A stretch of 64,000 bases of DNA from Chrysomallon squamiferum (lineage: Eukaryota; Animalia; Mollusca): positions 39,990,001 to 40,054,000 of the forward strand of contig CM022665.1 in the NCBI GenBank assembly GCA_012295275.1, written 5' to 3'. The notes below the pieces were generated by a model. That model had not been told where the DNA came from. It saw nothing but the letters and a program-made list of their open reading frames with translations, and ran no database searches. A program made the position numbers and the translations under genes. Shown in pieces: positions 46,351 to 61,412 of this stretch; the stretch's first letter is position 1; each line of letters begins with the position of its first letter.

Positions 46351-47499
46351 TAGACAGATAGATGGACAGACAGACAGATAGAGATACGTACATAAAACAT
46401 ACATAAACACACGCACGCGCAAACCAACACACGCATACATATATACATACCTACATAAACACACACTTACGCACACATATACAATGATTGTGATTATAAC
46501 TTGTTTTTTTTACATATACAATTACTTTTTTCGCTTATCTCAGATGACGCGCATCAAATCATGCATTCACTTCATTTACGTACAAGCAGGTTTTCGGCAA
46601 GCCACAGCTCTGAAAATAGCCCCAATATATCTGCAGATGCCTGAAAAGAGGAATACAAAAACAGTAGGGGATAATAACAAAGCGAACAAGAAAGGCCAAA
46701 ACAGACAGTTATGACAGCTACATTATCACATCATTACGAAAGACAAAAAAAAAAAAAAAAAAACGTTATTAAAACAGACACCGCTTTTTAGCGCAGACAG
46801 TTATAACACGGTTTCGGATCTTTAGTCCTGTCAACACGAGAAACCATTAGTTTTGCGAGACTTTGCAATCCGCCGCGGCCGATGCTTTTATCTGCGGCTA
46901 CGAAAAGCCATCTTATCTGAAACGGTTTTCAAATCACGCAAACAGCGCTAAAGACCGCGGTCGGTGTCTGTCCGCTGAAGTAAAGATCAGAGAAAAATCA
47001 CGTGTTTTAATGCCACTTGTTATTTCCATTCGTGTACGAGATTTCAAGATGGCGCGCTTTGTCGTGATCCCGTATCAAAACTTGTCCGGGGTCGGTTTAT
47101 AAAGAGAACACGTTTCGCGTTCTTATATCAGACGTAAAACTTAAGTCAGTCTGGGAATTACAGTTAATTTTCTTTTTTTTTAGAGCCCTTTATGTCTTCG
47201 TTGTGGTAATGTTTACATAATTATGTTCTGCTGAGCCAGATTGTAATGTCCTGAATGTTATTGCTGGGTTAAATATCGTATATTATGGAATGTTATGGAA
47301 ATAAAAACGGAAACGATCATGCGTTTATATATGTATTTGAAAAGTAAACCACAAATAAAAATTTATTCGGCTGAAGGATTTAGAACGAAATTTTAGATAA
47401 TGTCATTAACCTGTAAATCATCATTATTATCAACATTATCAGCGCCTTGAAACCACCACTACTACTACAACAACTACATCATCATCATTTTTCTTCTTC

Positions 47500-47538
<39 letters not shown>

Positions 47539-49153
47539 TTATTATTATTATTATTTTTCGATATAGTTTTTTTCAAAAAAAATAATAGAGGGACCTATAA
47601 ACAGGGACACTAATAATCATGAACAAACACCAGTAAATAACATTAGTGCCAAAAAAAAAAAAAAAAAAAAACAAAACAAAAAAAAATACATGCTGACTTT
47701 TTAGCGGTGCAAACATCAGTTTCCATTTATGATGATGGTGACAGTCATAGGCTCTGTAGCGTTGTACTTTGCGAATAATGCAATGGATTCTTACGAAATT
47801 TGAAGCTTAGTTCAGACTCTTAACCTACATACACGTCTGGAAGTCACAGTTGTCATGCAGACATTGTGATGAACGGGGTGTTTTGGTTTTTGGCTTACTT
47901 TACAAGGAAGGTTAATACGTTCTTCATCCTCGTGATAATCTTCATCGAAAAGTTAGTTTCACTCAGGAAATTTCCGAAACGTTCTCTGGCAGAAGACATC
48001 CATTGTGTGGAATAGGATTCACAACAGGAGAACGCGTCTTTCTCCTTTCTTATTTTCTTACGTTTTGGAAGTTTATAACAGCAAAGATTTGGGATAAATG
48101 CTGTTTAGAATGTTACCTAGTTCTAGTTTGTTTATTTGCTGTTGTTGTTGTTTTGTTTTGTTTTTTGTTTTTTTTTTTTTTTTTTTTTGTATGGGTTTTT
48201 TGGGTTTTGGTGTGTTTTGTTTTTTTTTTGTTGTTGTTTTTTTTTTTTAATTAGGATATTTATATATTTATGTACTGACGGAGATGTTCTTTTTTTTTTT
48301 CTTTTTTTTTTCATTGCTGTTGTGGTTTATTATATTATATTTATTTGTTCGTTCGTTTATTGTTATTGTTGTTGTAGTTTTGTTTTTTTGTGGGTCTTTT
48401 CTTCTTTTTCTTGTTGTTTGTGTTAGATAAAAATCTTTCTGTTTTTCTTTTTGTTCGTGGGTTTTAAATGTTTACTCAGTAGCTGCAATTATCATAACAC
48501 ATCAGCTAAACTGTTGTCAGATGTATCTACAATCAACAGTTGTAATATTCTTATGTACTGTTTTCAAAACAACTGTCAGCATGTCAAAATGATACAATCA
48601 TTTCTTTGTTAGTCTATCTTTCTAGCTATCTTTCTTTCTTCTCTCTCATATATCTATCTTGTTTTTTCTTTATATCCAAGTCACCCTTTTTCTGTCTCTC
48701 TAACTGAATGTTTTATATATGTGTGTCTGTATCTTTTTAAAATATACATATACACATACACATACATACGTATGATACATACACACACACATGCACACAT
48801 ACATACACAAATATCCAGACATAAACATTTACATATAGATAGATATACATATACATTCATACACAGCTACAGACCACATACATACAAATACGTATATACA
48901 CACATGCATACATAATATCTGTATAACATAATTTATGCTATAATTTACTTATTAATCTACTCGCATATATCGACTGGCCATTGACTACAGAAAGAAAGCG
49001 AGTACAAATTAATACAACACACGTAGAACAAAAGAACTGCGTGCCACCGAAATACAATTTCCTGTCAGTACATTTTATTAATGACGTAATTATAATAATA
49101 ATAATAATAACAACAACTGCTCTGTGATGATGTTTTGCTACACGCTAGTATTA

Positions 49154-49488
49154 CAAGGGCGGATAATGCTTTGGGTAAGAGAGGAATTTCCGAAGCAATG
49201 TCTAAATGTTTATAATTTGAAATTATAAAGTTTACAGCGTTTGTCTATTCGCAATTCTTGGCTATTACAATCTCTTCGTCTGTGTTTGCCGCCATAAACA
49301 CTGTGTCAGCAGTCAAACTGTGCAAGCTGGTATCCAGCAAGAGAAGGTACACATACATGTGGACATCAATTTTATTTATTTTATAATGAATATTTATTAT
49401 TATTATTTTTATTATTATTATTATTATTATCGTGTTTTTTTTTTTGGGGGGGGGTTAGGCTGTGACTTCCCCTCATGATCCGCCCCTG
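49154..49488. mobile_element. MITE with CAGGGGCGGATC-type TIRs and 6-bp TSD (GTATTA)
   Basis: The left end CAAGGGCGGATAATG and right end CATGATCCGCCCCTG are 13/15 complementary. GTATTA directly flanks both ends (49148-49153 and 49489-49494). Confidence 0.75.
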
Positions 49489-49840
49489 GTATTAGAAGGT
49501 TAACTAATGTGGTTCTGTGTAAAGATCACTGGAAGATATCGTTGGTTGATTTCTGTTGCTAATCTGTGGTTCTTGAATCCCAAAATTCTGCAGTCGATGC
49601 ACTTTTGTAGTAGAAATATCAGTTTCTGCGTAACTTTAAAATAGTAACCTTTTTGGAGTATTTTATTAATTTATTCTTATTTCAATATTTATTTGATTGT
49701 TTGTTTCTTTGTTTCTTTTGTTTATTTGCTATCTGTTGATGAATATTTTACTTAAACTTTAATCGTCAGTATTGAAAACAAAATCTTCTCTCTTTCTGTC
49801 TTTCTTAGTCTTTTTACCTTTCTCTCTTTCTCTCAACTTC

Positions 49841-49904
<64 letters not shown>

Positions 49905-50605
49905 CCTTTCTCTTTCTCTCTATCTCTCTGTTTCTCTCTCTCTCTCTTAACCTCTATCTTTCTCTCTGTCTCCCTCACTCTCTATCTAAATATTCCTCTC
50001 TCTTTATTTCAATATCTCTCATCTCTGTTCTACAGCTCAAAATATCAAAAGATTCTGGCAGTGCTAATCCTCTGCATTCGGAGTCTGACATTATTGTACA
50101 AACGGTCAGATTATAAAATATTAATTTCTTACTGCTGTTATAAGACGTATGACGATGATCATTTTTACACCCACGAAACACACACACTTCAACACGATGC
50201 ATCACAATGCAGTTTATTGACATTTACAAAAATAATTAGAAAGAGGGGGCGGAATGACAAAAGCACCTGATGCTTAATGGAATTTTTTTTTTGGCTTTCT
50301 GACAATACGTAACATAATACGTACTTCCGGTACATCTAATACGTTCAAAATGGTGTAATATATTAATACAGTATTTTTTTTTTTTTTTTTTTTCTGTATA
50401 AATGAAAATAGTTACTGCATTTCATTCAAACACGCAAGCTAGATTCTTCTCAGACAGGAATCCTTAGAATGATATCATTTCTAAGATTTCCTATTATCAG
50501 AAATAATACGGCTGGATGCGTTTCGTTTTTGTCTTACAACAGAAATATGGTCGCATCTGTGTCAAAGTTCGTTTAATGATTCATACTGGCGTGAGATGGA
50601 GCGGT

Positions 50606-50649
<44 letters not shown>

Positions 50650-51265
50650 TGTTTTTTAATAAACATCAGATTAAAGTTTCGTTGATAATTTGATGTTGTT
50701 TTCTTCAAGGAATAGTCTAAAATTTGTATCTCTCACTAATTTGGCTCTAATCTTGAAACATCAAATAAAAGCAAACTTTAACGTTACATAATTATCACTG
50801 ACAGAGAATTGCACATTTTATCTTCTTTCTTTTTTTTCTTTTTTTTCCTTTTTTTTTTTCAGTGAGCACCATCTTGTTTTCCTCTTCATCATGTCACGTA
50901 TAACACGTAAAAGAACAGATTTCAATATGTCTACGTCTAGCGGTTTTTAGACTTCGCTTCAGAAATGTTCAAGAACCACGGCAAAGACTTCCAAAATCAA
51001 GCACGAGCAGACGCTAAGGACAAAATCTATGTTATTATTGTGTGTAAAGATGTCTCCTTGTCAGTCTTATCACATGTACTTAGACTAAGTGTGCAAAAAA
51101 TCCACAGAAATGTCATTCGAAAACGCCGACAAGAAAAAATAAATTGAAGCAACTCCAAAAGGTTGTGATTCTTTGACGTTGTAATTGTGCAGACTTGTAG
51201 CAACATTTCAAATCAATATGGAAATCTAGTGTACGTCTTAGTTCCTGTCATTTCTTCTTCTTCTT

Positions 51266-51327
<62 letters not shown>

Positions 51328-52002
51328 CAAAATCAGTGTTCTATTTCTTTTTCTTTTTAAACAACCAGTGTTGTTTCTTTTGTTTTGTTTTGTTTGTTTG
51401 TTTGTTTTCTGAGGGGGTTTGTATGTTTGTTTGTTTTTGTTTTGTTTCTGTTTCGTTTTTGAAGGGGTTTTCTTTGTATTGTTTTTTTATTATGTTTTGT
51501 TAGATTGTTACTCGTGTGTGTGTGTGTGTGGGCGGGTGGGTGGGTGGGTGGTATTTGGTTTTTATCTTCTTTTTTTTTTTTTTATTTAATTTATTGATGA
51601 TTTTTTTTTTTTTTTTTTTTGATTTTTTTTTTTTTTTAAGAACTGAATGTTTTATCTAGAATGCAGATGACATCCATTTGAGTTTGTTATTGGTTCCTCC
51701 CCTGCCATTTGGCTTGTTTCGTTTTTGAAATGTTCTTGTTTAAGAATATTCTTCTACGAGATAATGCTCGCAAATCACTAAAACAATCAGGCTACATGTT
51801 ATGTAGAGGTTTTTTTAACTGTTTTTTTTATAATCCTTGCTGATGAAATAACACAGAAAATAACCAACTTAAAGTAAATAGCAAAAAATATAAAACTAAT
51901 AACAATAACAGCAACAACAACAAGAAAAAAGAAACAAAAAAAACACTTAAAAAAATAAATAAATAAAAATATCAATAATGAATCATTAAAAAATAATAAT
52001 AA

Positions 52003-52070
<68 letters not shown>

Positions 52071-52169
52071 ACAAACAAACAAACAAACAACCACGCAGAT
52101 AAGAACAAAATATCAGTGCTGTAACTTTATAACTTCTTGGGCGTATAATCTTTATTTCTTTCAATTATA

Positions 52170-52217
<48 letters not shown>

Positions 52218-52526
52218 AAAAACAGACAGCCAAAAGACCAGAAAGCTAATAAGGTTTCATCCCAGACAGAACGTGTCATTTCGTGAATGGCCCGATTAAC
52301 GAAGCGTAGATTGGTTTCAATTTTGTTAATAATTTGCTTGCCTTCACGAGATAGTTTCGTATGAAAGTGACATCCTAGACCTATCTTTACTAAAAGGCTA
52401 GACAGATAGTTCATTGTTCGCTGGAGAGAGGGAACAACATGATCGTCGATGTTGTCGAAGTGTCGTTATTTTTGTTTTGAAAATTAGTAGGTTTTAAAAA
52501 AAAAAAATCGGGTCGAGTGCCAGTCA

Positions 52527-52557
<31 letters not shown>

Positions 52558-52888
52558 GAAAATTGCTAGTTTTAAAATGAAGCGATATTTCTGTGCTGGA
52601 ACGGTGACATCTTTTCATTCATACCAAAAAATAATGATTTCTAACTTTTCTTTTATTTCTTTATTTTTTCTTTCTTTCTTTCTTTCTTTCTTTCTTTATT
52701 TCTTTCTTTATTTGTTTATTTGTTTATTTACTTATTTGGTTTTATTTATTTACTTCCCTTTTCTTTTTATTTATTATATCTTAAGTTGGAGCGGAAAATT
52801 TATTTAGCCAGTCAGTTATTAAATGGTCTCATATCCTGACAGAAGCAAATTCATCTATGTAATTGGCTACACAAATTGTTTTACAAGA

Positions 52889-52968
<80 letters not shown>

Positions 52969-53035
52969 TTTTTTTAATGAATCCATGGGTGTGTATGTGT
53001 AAATATAAATCTAGACAGATATATGTTACTATCTG

Positions 53036-53120
<85 letters not shown>

Positions 53121-53571
53121 CTCTCTCTCCATTTCACACACACTTACACACACTCTCATGTTCACACCTCACACCAAACCTCGCGACATCCAATAACAAA
53201 AGACAATACCGCAGTGAAACCATGCAAAAAATCTTGCAGTCGTCAACATCTAGATTTTAACAGATTGAACCTGTCCCATTACAATGATTAATAAGCTGAC
53301 GTTGTGGTGAAACGGTTTCAGTTCAAACTCTTTAATACAATCTTGATGTTTGATATCATCAAAGCGTTATACACTCGGTCACTCGCTCTTTCCAAATGAA
53401 ATTGCTTCATTCGCTGATTTGTTTTAGCTCGGATGCGGTGCCTATAGATCACACAATACGACGGTGGGCATATGGTTTATTACAATATCTTTCGACGTGG
53501 TTTTACTACAGCTGCGGAGATTAAGGATGATAATGAAAAAAAAAAAAAAACGACGAGCAGAAATCGTCGTA

Positions 53572-53770
53572 CGACTTGGCCGTCTGGTTCTTGACTGGAA
53601 GGTTCCGGGTTCGTCTCGCGGTAACGGGGTTAACTGATGAAATGAGTTTTAAACGTTTATTAAATGGATTAATAATACAAACACAGACCCCATGTAAAAT
53701 GCAATATTTGTCTTTTTTTTTACCGTGTGTAGGCAGTCTCTTAGGAGGCTGATATAAATAAAAGACATTA
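53572..53770 (+). mobile_element. Possible degenerate tRNA-SINE relic
   Basis: GACTGGAAGGTTCCGGGTTCGTCTCGCGG is B-box-like, and the segment ends in GATATAAATAAAAG. Confidence 0.25.
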
Positions 53771-53837
53771 GATTTTAATTTATATTTCCTTGTAGTGTGT
53801 TTTGCTCTGCCATGCTATGCTAAACCATACCATAATA

Positions 53838-54165
53838 AACTATACTTTACTTTACTATACTATACTATACTATACTATATTATACTATACTATACTATAC
53901 TATACTATACTATACTATACTATACTATACTATACTATACTATACTATATTATACTATACTATTCTATACTTTACTATACTTTACTATACTATATTATAC
54001 CAAATGTACTATACTATACTATACTATACTATACTATACTATACCATACCAAATGTACTATACAATACTGTACTATAATTTACTATACTATGCTATGCTA
54101 TGCTATGCTATACTTTGCTTTACTATACTATCCTATACTATACTATATCACACTATACTATACTA
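53838..54165. repeat. Pentanucleotide satellite (ATACT)n
   Basis: Perfect and degenerate TATAC repeats over about 330 bp. Confidence 0.93.
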
Positions 54166-55261
54166 AACAATAGTATTCCTACTACTACTACTACTACAGC
54201 TATTACAATCATCAGCAACATCACTACTATCAGTTCCATTTCCATCGTCATCACCAGTACCATTAAACTACCACTATTTATATTTTCACACTATCTGAAA
54301 CACATTTAACTCTATTTAACATATCATCAGTTGTTGTTTTTTTTGTTGTATTTTTATGTTTTCACAAAAATTCAGCCTTCAGGCCAAAACAAATAATAAA
54401 AGACGGAAATCTTCTGTCCTCGTTTCAATTAATTTTTCAGCAACTTTCAAAGCAAAATACTCTACTCTCTTGATTTTGTTAGCAGCGTTTAGAAATCCCC
54501 CGAAATCGTAATGGTCGTCGTTTTAATTAATTTGCGGAATGTTCAACGGAAAATACTGTACGCTATTATTTTGGTGAGTTACGCTTTGAAATGCTGCTAA
54601 CATCTCGGCCTTGAATGGGGCAATAAAGAAATAAATCAGACGGTCCATGGTTAGCGATTGTCATGTGGCCTGTCAGATCCAGAAACGTCAATTTGTGCAG
54701 GTTACATTAAATACTCTTTCTAGCTGTTAGAAATGTAAGTTAAAAGCGCGACACCCACCGTACGACTTGTGTTAATGCTTTTAAGACAACAGATTTGTAC
54801 TGGCTCAGATACGATTACGGTGGTAGAGAAAATAAGCATGTGTAATGGAGTGTGAAGAAGAAAATTGCCCTCAGATAGGTTGTAACTGAATTTGTTTAAG
54901 TTGTTGCATGTGATACAGTTTTGGGTTGACTGTTTGTTAGTTTGCTGTTGTTTTGTTGAGGGGTTTTTTAAAATTATTTTGTTGTTGTTGTTGTTGTTTT
55001 TCCCCCAAAGTTTTTTTTTTTTTTTTTTTTTCTTGTCATCTTTGTTGTCGTAGATGTTAATTTTGCATTTCATTATTAAATCTATAGTACATGTCTGTGT
55101 ATATAATTCGAATATAGGGTTAACTCGAATAATTCAAGCTCAGCATAGGGCTCGACTTAAGTTTTCTATTACAATTTCAATACGTTACCCGAAACCTGCT
55201 ATGTGTCAAGAACATTAACACTGGAACATGTGTTTAAAAATATAGCTTTAACAAACAAACA

Positions 55262-55309
<48 letters not shown>

Positions 55310-55714
55310 CAACGAAACAACAACAAAACAAACAAAAACAATGGATTATAAACATCTGTTTTCTCATTTACAATATCGCGAACAATAACAAGGTTCCTTT
55401 GACCTATTTGCATTTATATTAAAGACGACTGATAAATCGCTGCACCATTTCGTCTAACACGTAATAGCTTAAAGTGAAATGTTTAGTCACGCCTGCGTCA
55501 AATAAATATTTTTATTTTCTGATAAAAGATGTTAGTTTCTGGTGCTACCATTATTCACGCTGCGAGTCATTCAGTGTTCTATACTGTACGAAATTTGGCT
55601 AATCCTTTTGTGTGGGTGTGTATGTCTATGGCTTTTTCTTCTTTTTACCTCTGTCTGTCTTTCTGTCTTTCTTTCTTTCTTTCTGACTTTTTCTTTCTCG
55701 CTTTCTTTCAATGT

Positions 55715-55722
<8 letters not shown>

Positions 55723-55809
<87 letters not shown>

Positions 55810-55836
55810 TTTGTATATATTTCTCTCTTTATCTCA

Positions 55837-55924
<88 letters not shown>

Positions 55925-56011
55925 TTCATCACTTTATCTCACTTTCTCTCTCTCTCTCTCTGACTCTCATACTCTTTGTATATATATATATATATATATT
56001 TCATCACTTTA

Positions 56012-56104
<93 letters not shown>

Positions 56105-56205
56105 CTCTCTATATCTCTCAGACTGTCTTTCTATTTCTCTCTCTGTCTCTCTCTCTCTTTCTTTCTTTGTCTGTCTCTCTCTCTCTCTCCTTCTCTTTCA
56201 CTCAC
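55723..56205. repeat. Compound (CT)n/(TA)n microsatellite with repeated modules
   Basis: The module CTTTGTATATAT...TTTCATCACTTTATCTC repeats between CT tracts. Confidence 0.88.
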
Positions 56206-58408
56206 TCTATTTCTCCTCTCTTTAACTTTCTCTTTCTTTCTCTTTGCGTGTCTTCTCTGTCCTCAAAACACCCCTGTCCCTCACTCTTACTTTTTAGCAC
56301 CCTCTCCGTCTCAGTAAACAGTATAGATTTTATTTGAAATATCACAAAAAAATATATATAATATTGAAAAATAGCTGCATTAAAATATTTGCACGGAATT
56401 TAAGTTCAAAAACGTCCCTGGAGTTAAGAGTTTTCCCATGCTTTCAGTAAAAAAAAAAAATAATTAAAAAAAATAATGCTGCTGTTATGTACACTTTTAA
56501 AACGTAATATTTCTAAATGTCATTTCTACAAACCTTCAACCATGATATTTCTGAATTCAAACCAGATCTTTCAATTATTAAAATTTTAATATATTTATTA
56601 TATTTACAAAAGATTTGATTCTTTTTTTTTTTATTCAAGTTTGTTTCAACAATACGTTTCTTTCAGCTAATAATAAATATTATAATACTGATTAATATTT
56701 TAGCTAAACTACTATGTTGCCGAGGTTTGTTGAATTGTTAAAAAGAAATCTTAAAAAGCATTATTTAATACAGTTTATGAATTCAGCGGCAGAAGAAATA
56801 TCCTGAGAATAGCGTTTACAGAAAGCATGATATCTTTCAAATCGATATATCTCAGGGTTGATTTTCGTATTTACAAAAATATAAATTAAAGGGATATAAT
56901 ACAGAAGGTCTGTTTAGTGGTTCAGGGACATTGCATGTGCTTCTACATTTTTCTTCTTCCGTATATCCCATTTCCTTCAGTTGATCGAAATCTGGTATTT
57001 ATTTATTTATATGTTTGTTTGTTTGTTTGGTTTTTTTTTTTTTTTTTTTTTTATCTATTTGCTTATTATTTTATTATTTTATTTTATTTTATTTATTCAC
57101 TTCCATTTTCTTTACATTAATTTAATTATTTTCTTATGTTGGAACGGTAGATTAATCTGGCTCTTTAAGCGGTCTCACAATTTGAGAGACACGAATTCAT
57201 CTACGTAATTGGCTAGACAAATTGTAATACAAGACATTCACACAACGAAAATGTACAGGCCGCTTTGACAAACCATAAATAAAACAATCTACATAATTCA
57301 CTTAATAAAGCCATAAATTAAAGACATCGCCTCGGTGAATTATTCCTTTTCATTTTCCTGCGAGACTAACAGACACAATGACGTCATGTTCTCTCTACGG
57401 AGTTAAACGATTCCAAATCGTATAAGACCAGCCGAACATTGTCGATATCTACACGGAAAGCTTTCTTTGTGCCAAATTGATATAAATGTGGCTTTGCGGC
57501 CGCGACCATGACATAAATGATAACAAAGTTACACGGTTTGAGACAGATTCTCTTCTTCATTCATATTAATGATTGCGTCTCTCGTGAACGCTTTTAAATG
57601 AAACTAGAATAACTTGTACATTAGTTGTGAAGATACGTCGTCGAGATACTGAGGGTGTTAGGGTTGGTTGGTCAGCGCTGGTTCTGTCTACAGCCTTGAA
57701 GAGAAAATAGACATGATAAACTGAAGGTGACTAATAGCGATATGTGTCTGTGAACCAAGTTTTGAAACTTCTTTAAATGGTTTCAGAAATTTAGATATTT
57801 CATATTCTTTACAAGACCTGCACTTTGAAAATTACTACAGTTACAAGCTCACCGTAGACTTCGTAGTTTTTGATTTTGATACCAGAAATAATGGTCGAGA
57901 AATTAACTGACTTCATTTCTGTTTTGGCTCAGAGTTGCAACATTCGACTTTTGCGTCTTGTCTGCATCCTGGTAAAAACACGTATAATAGCGAATTAACT
58001 TGTTTGTATCACTGAAGTATTTTTCATCCAAATCGGTTACGATTCCACGATATTAATATACAGACACCAGCTTCAGATCGATTTCTTTGTTTTCGTGTCT
58101 TTCTTGGTGATGCTGTTTAACATTCTCAGTTTAATATGTGATAAATGTAACAGATTTCGAGTATTTTTCTCAAACTAAACCGAGAATGTTATTTTATGAT
58201 ACAACAACAACAACAACAATAGCAACAATAATAATAATAACGATGATAATGATGATGATAATGAATATGAATATGATGATGATGATGATTATAATTATAA
58301 AATCAAGAAAAATAGAGACAAAAAAACAACAACTGAAAACTGAAAAAACAAAAAAATAGAATAAATGTTGGTTGCCGAAGCATTTTAGATTTTGGAAAAC
58401 GAACCTGT

Positions 58409-58493
<85 letters not shown>

Positions 58494-60857
58494 AGAGACA
58501 AATATACCCACGCATGACACGCACATTCTCACATACATAAGTTAACTTTTATTGGGTTTTCTCAGATAATGGAGTTAACTGTGAAATCACTACTAAACGA
58601 TTAATTACGCATTTACATTGCAGTTTGTTCAAATCTTTATAACAAAACGCACTAAACTTGATATTCTCTCACAGTACTAAATCCGGATTAACACATTTCC
58701 TAACGTAAATAATGTTATTATAATTATTATTACTGAAATAATTTCCTTTTATTTCACAATATTATGATCATTATGATGGCTACACAAAGCAATATTAGGG
58801 TAGTTAAATGATTCTCTTTAACGATATTAAAACAACTACTTGTAAGCCAAGGACGTGAAAAAAACAACAGAAAAAAAACAAAAAACATAATTGTATTAAG
58901 TTTCGTCAATATGAACAGATGGTCTGACCAGAACTCATCTAAAGCAACAACAAAAAAAGAGAAAGAAATGTTGTTATTTCCTCAAAACATGGACACTGGA
59001 TATGCGTAAAGATTTCGTAAATTATGAAAATAATCTTAAATGAAGACAGATCGTAAATCTTTCAGGTTTATCTTTTTAACTAATATTCAGGAAACAGCTA
59101 ATGAGCAGGAAAATAAATTTAAATGTGTTTTCGTCATAAAATTTATTTTCTCACATCATATATTTATCTCAAAAAATTTAATTTTTAAAGTTAATATTGA
59201 CAGAGGAGATGACGATACTCGATTTTTTCCAACTTTTTATATTTATCAATCATTATAAAGTACTCTTTTAACTTGATTAGGTATAAAAATATGAAAATAA
59301 TAAGCTTTTCCAGCAATATTTCAGTTTTAAATATCAGCATTGCTATTACTAATTTTCATCATAAACATTTGTATCGTTATCATCATCAAATTAGTTGGGT
59401 TTTTTCCCTCTCTCTTTCAATCTATCTGTCTGTCTGTCTCTCTCTCGTTGTATATCTTTCTCTCTCCCTCTCTCTCTCTATCTGTCTTTCTTTGTCTGTT
59501 TGTCTCTCTCTCTCTGTATATCTCTCTTTTTTCTCTCTCTTTCTTTCTCGCTCTCTCTTTCTCACTCTGTCTTTGTCTGTCTTTCTGTATATCTCTTTCT
59601 ATCTCCCTCTCTCTGTCTGACTGTCTCTCTCTCTTTTCTCTCTCACTCAATCTGTCTTTCTCTGTCTATATGTATGTCTGTCTTCTTCTCTCTCTCTTTC
59701 TCTTTGTGTATCTCCTTCTTTCTCTCTTTTTCATTCATTGTTTCTCTCTCCCTCCCTCCCTCCCTCCCTCTCCTCCCTCCTTCCGTCCCTCCCTCCCTTC
59801 TACTTTCTCTCTTTATTTCCTCTGTCTCTTTCTTTCTCTTTCACTCAATCATCTTCTTTTCCGATTTACCTTCCATCTATCTCTGTATCTATCTTCCAAT
59901 CTGTCAACATTTACATAACGCAATTACCCTACACCTCCAACCAAACAAATATAATCAAATTACTTTAATTTACTTACATCAAACATTCCCGGATTCAATT
60001 AACAATGGAAATGTTTGATAATTATTAAAATCAGCAAATAATTCCTTCAGACGAATCCGAATAATTTAATCAATCCCGAGATGCGGAAATAAAACCGAAA
60101 GGTCAATATTTAAAAGAAGCTCGACAATGGCGACATTACGTTTTACGCTTATTATTCAAAAACACCTTCCGCATTGTGGAATACGCAATAATTTTTGTCT
60201 AAATAGCTCTAAGAATGCTTAAACATTTCTAAGGAATTGCAGCTATTAACTTAATACGCAGAATAAATATGTATGCAGATTCGTTTAAACATAGATAATA
60301 TTTATGAAGATGATCTGAAAAACGGAATCACCATGGCGATTTGAAACCGACTCAAGACGTACAACAGAAACTTAGTTTTATTTTCAATCCTTAATGTTTC
60401 AAAGCTTTAAGCTTTTACGTTTATAGGTATAATAAAGAAGCGAGATCTGCGTTAAAGAGGAAGTCTTTTCATTTTGTGTAATTGAATTTAAAATTTCTGT
60501 AGATAAATGGACGTTAGTGTTTTATTTATGGATCACTTTGTTTCATACAATATCTTTATTTTTGTTTTTCCTTTTTTATACGACAAGCTATCAGTTCGGT
60601 CAATCACAGATACTGTATTTTCACTAACCGCGAAGAACCAATGAAAACCAGCCTTCATTACGAATCTGAAAATCCCTGTCGGTGATTGGCTGAAACCAAC
60701 AAACTCGATGAAATATTGTGCATGTATACTGAGAAAAAAAACAAGAAAAAGAAAAAAAAAAAAAACATCTAAGGATCTCTTCAGAAGTCATAAAATATTT
60801 AATACCATTACGCTACAATTGCTGTGCTGTATATAATATTTCTTTTTATAGTAAAAC

Positions 60858-60911
<54 letters not shown>

Positions 60912-61313
60912 AATAAATAAATAAAAAATTTTTTTTTTTTTTTTTTTTTAAATGAAGCCAGCAAATAAATAAAATAAATGTAATTGAATTTTACAAAACC
61001 AGACAGAGAAGAAGATAAATGTTTTCAGAATAGTCTATATCATCCCTGCTTTCATCCCGTACGTGTTTGGCCCTCACTGGCCTACCTAGAGTATGCTGTG
61101 CATGTCACGATCCCTGGGCTAGTATTTTCTATTTAAATTTGACTGGTATTTTTTTAGCTGATTTCATGGTAAAGTCATCTGTAAGATGGTATCCGATGTT
61201 TGGATAGGCGCGCAATTTCAGTCTTTGTTGTAGGATTCGGTATTTTCCGTAAAAAAAAAAACCCGCCCTGCCGGACCTTTTTCAAAAACCATTATGATAG
61301 ATGTTCGATAACA

Positions 61314-61353
<40 letters not shown>

Positions 61354-61381
61354 TTCCCCTCTCTTTGTATCTCTCTATCTT

Positions 61382-61412
<31 letters not shown>

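Noticed and set aside
42619-57387. Extra TGACGTCA palindromes (about 42619 and 57379) and several TTACGTAA sites
   Set aside because: A few 8-mer matches in 64 kb are near chance expectation, and they lack supporting context.
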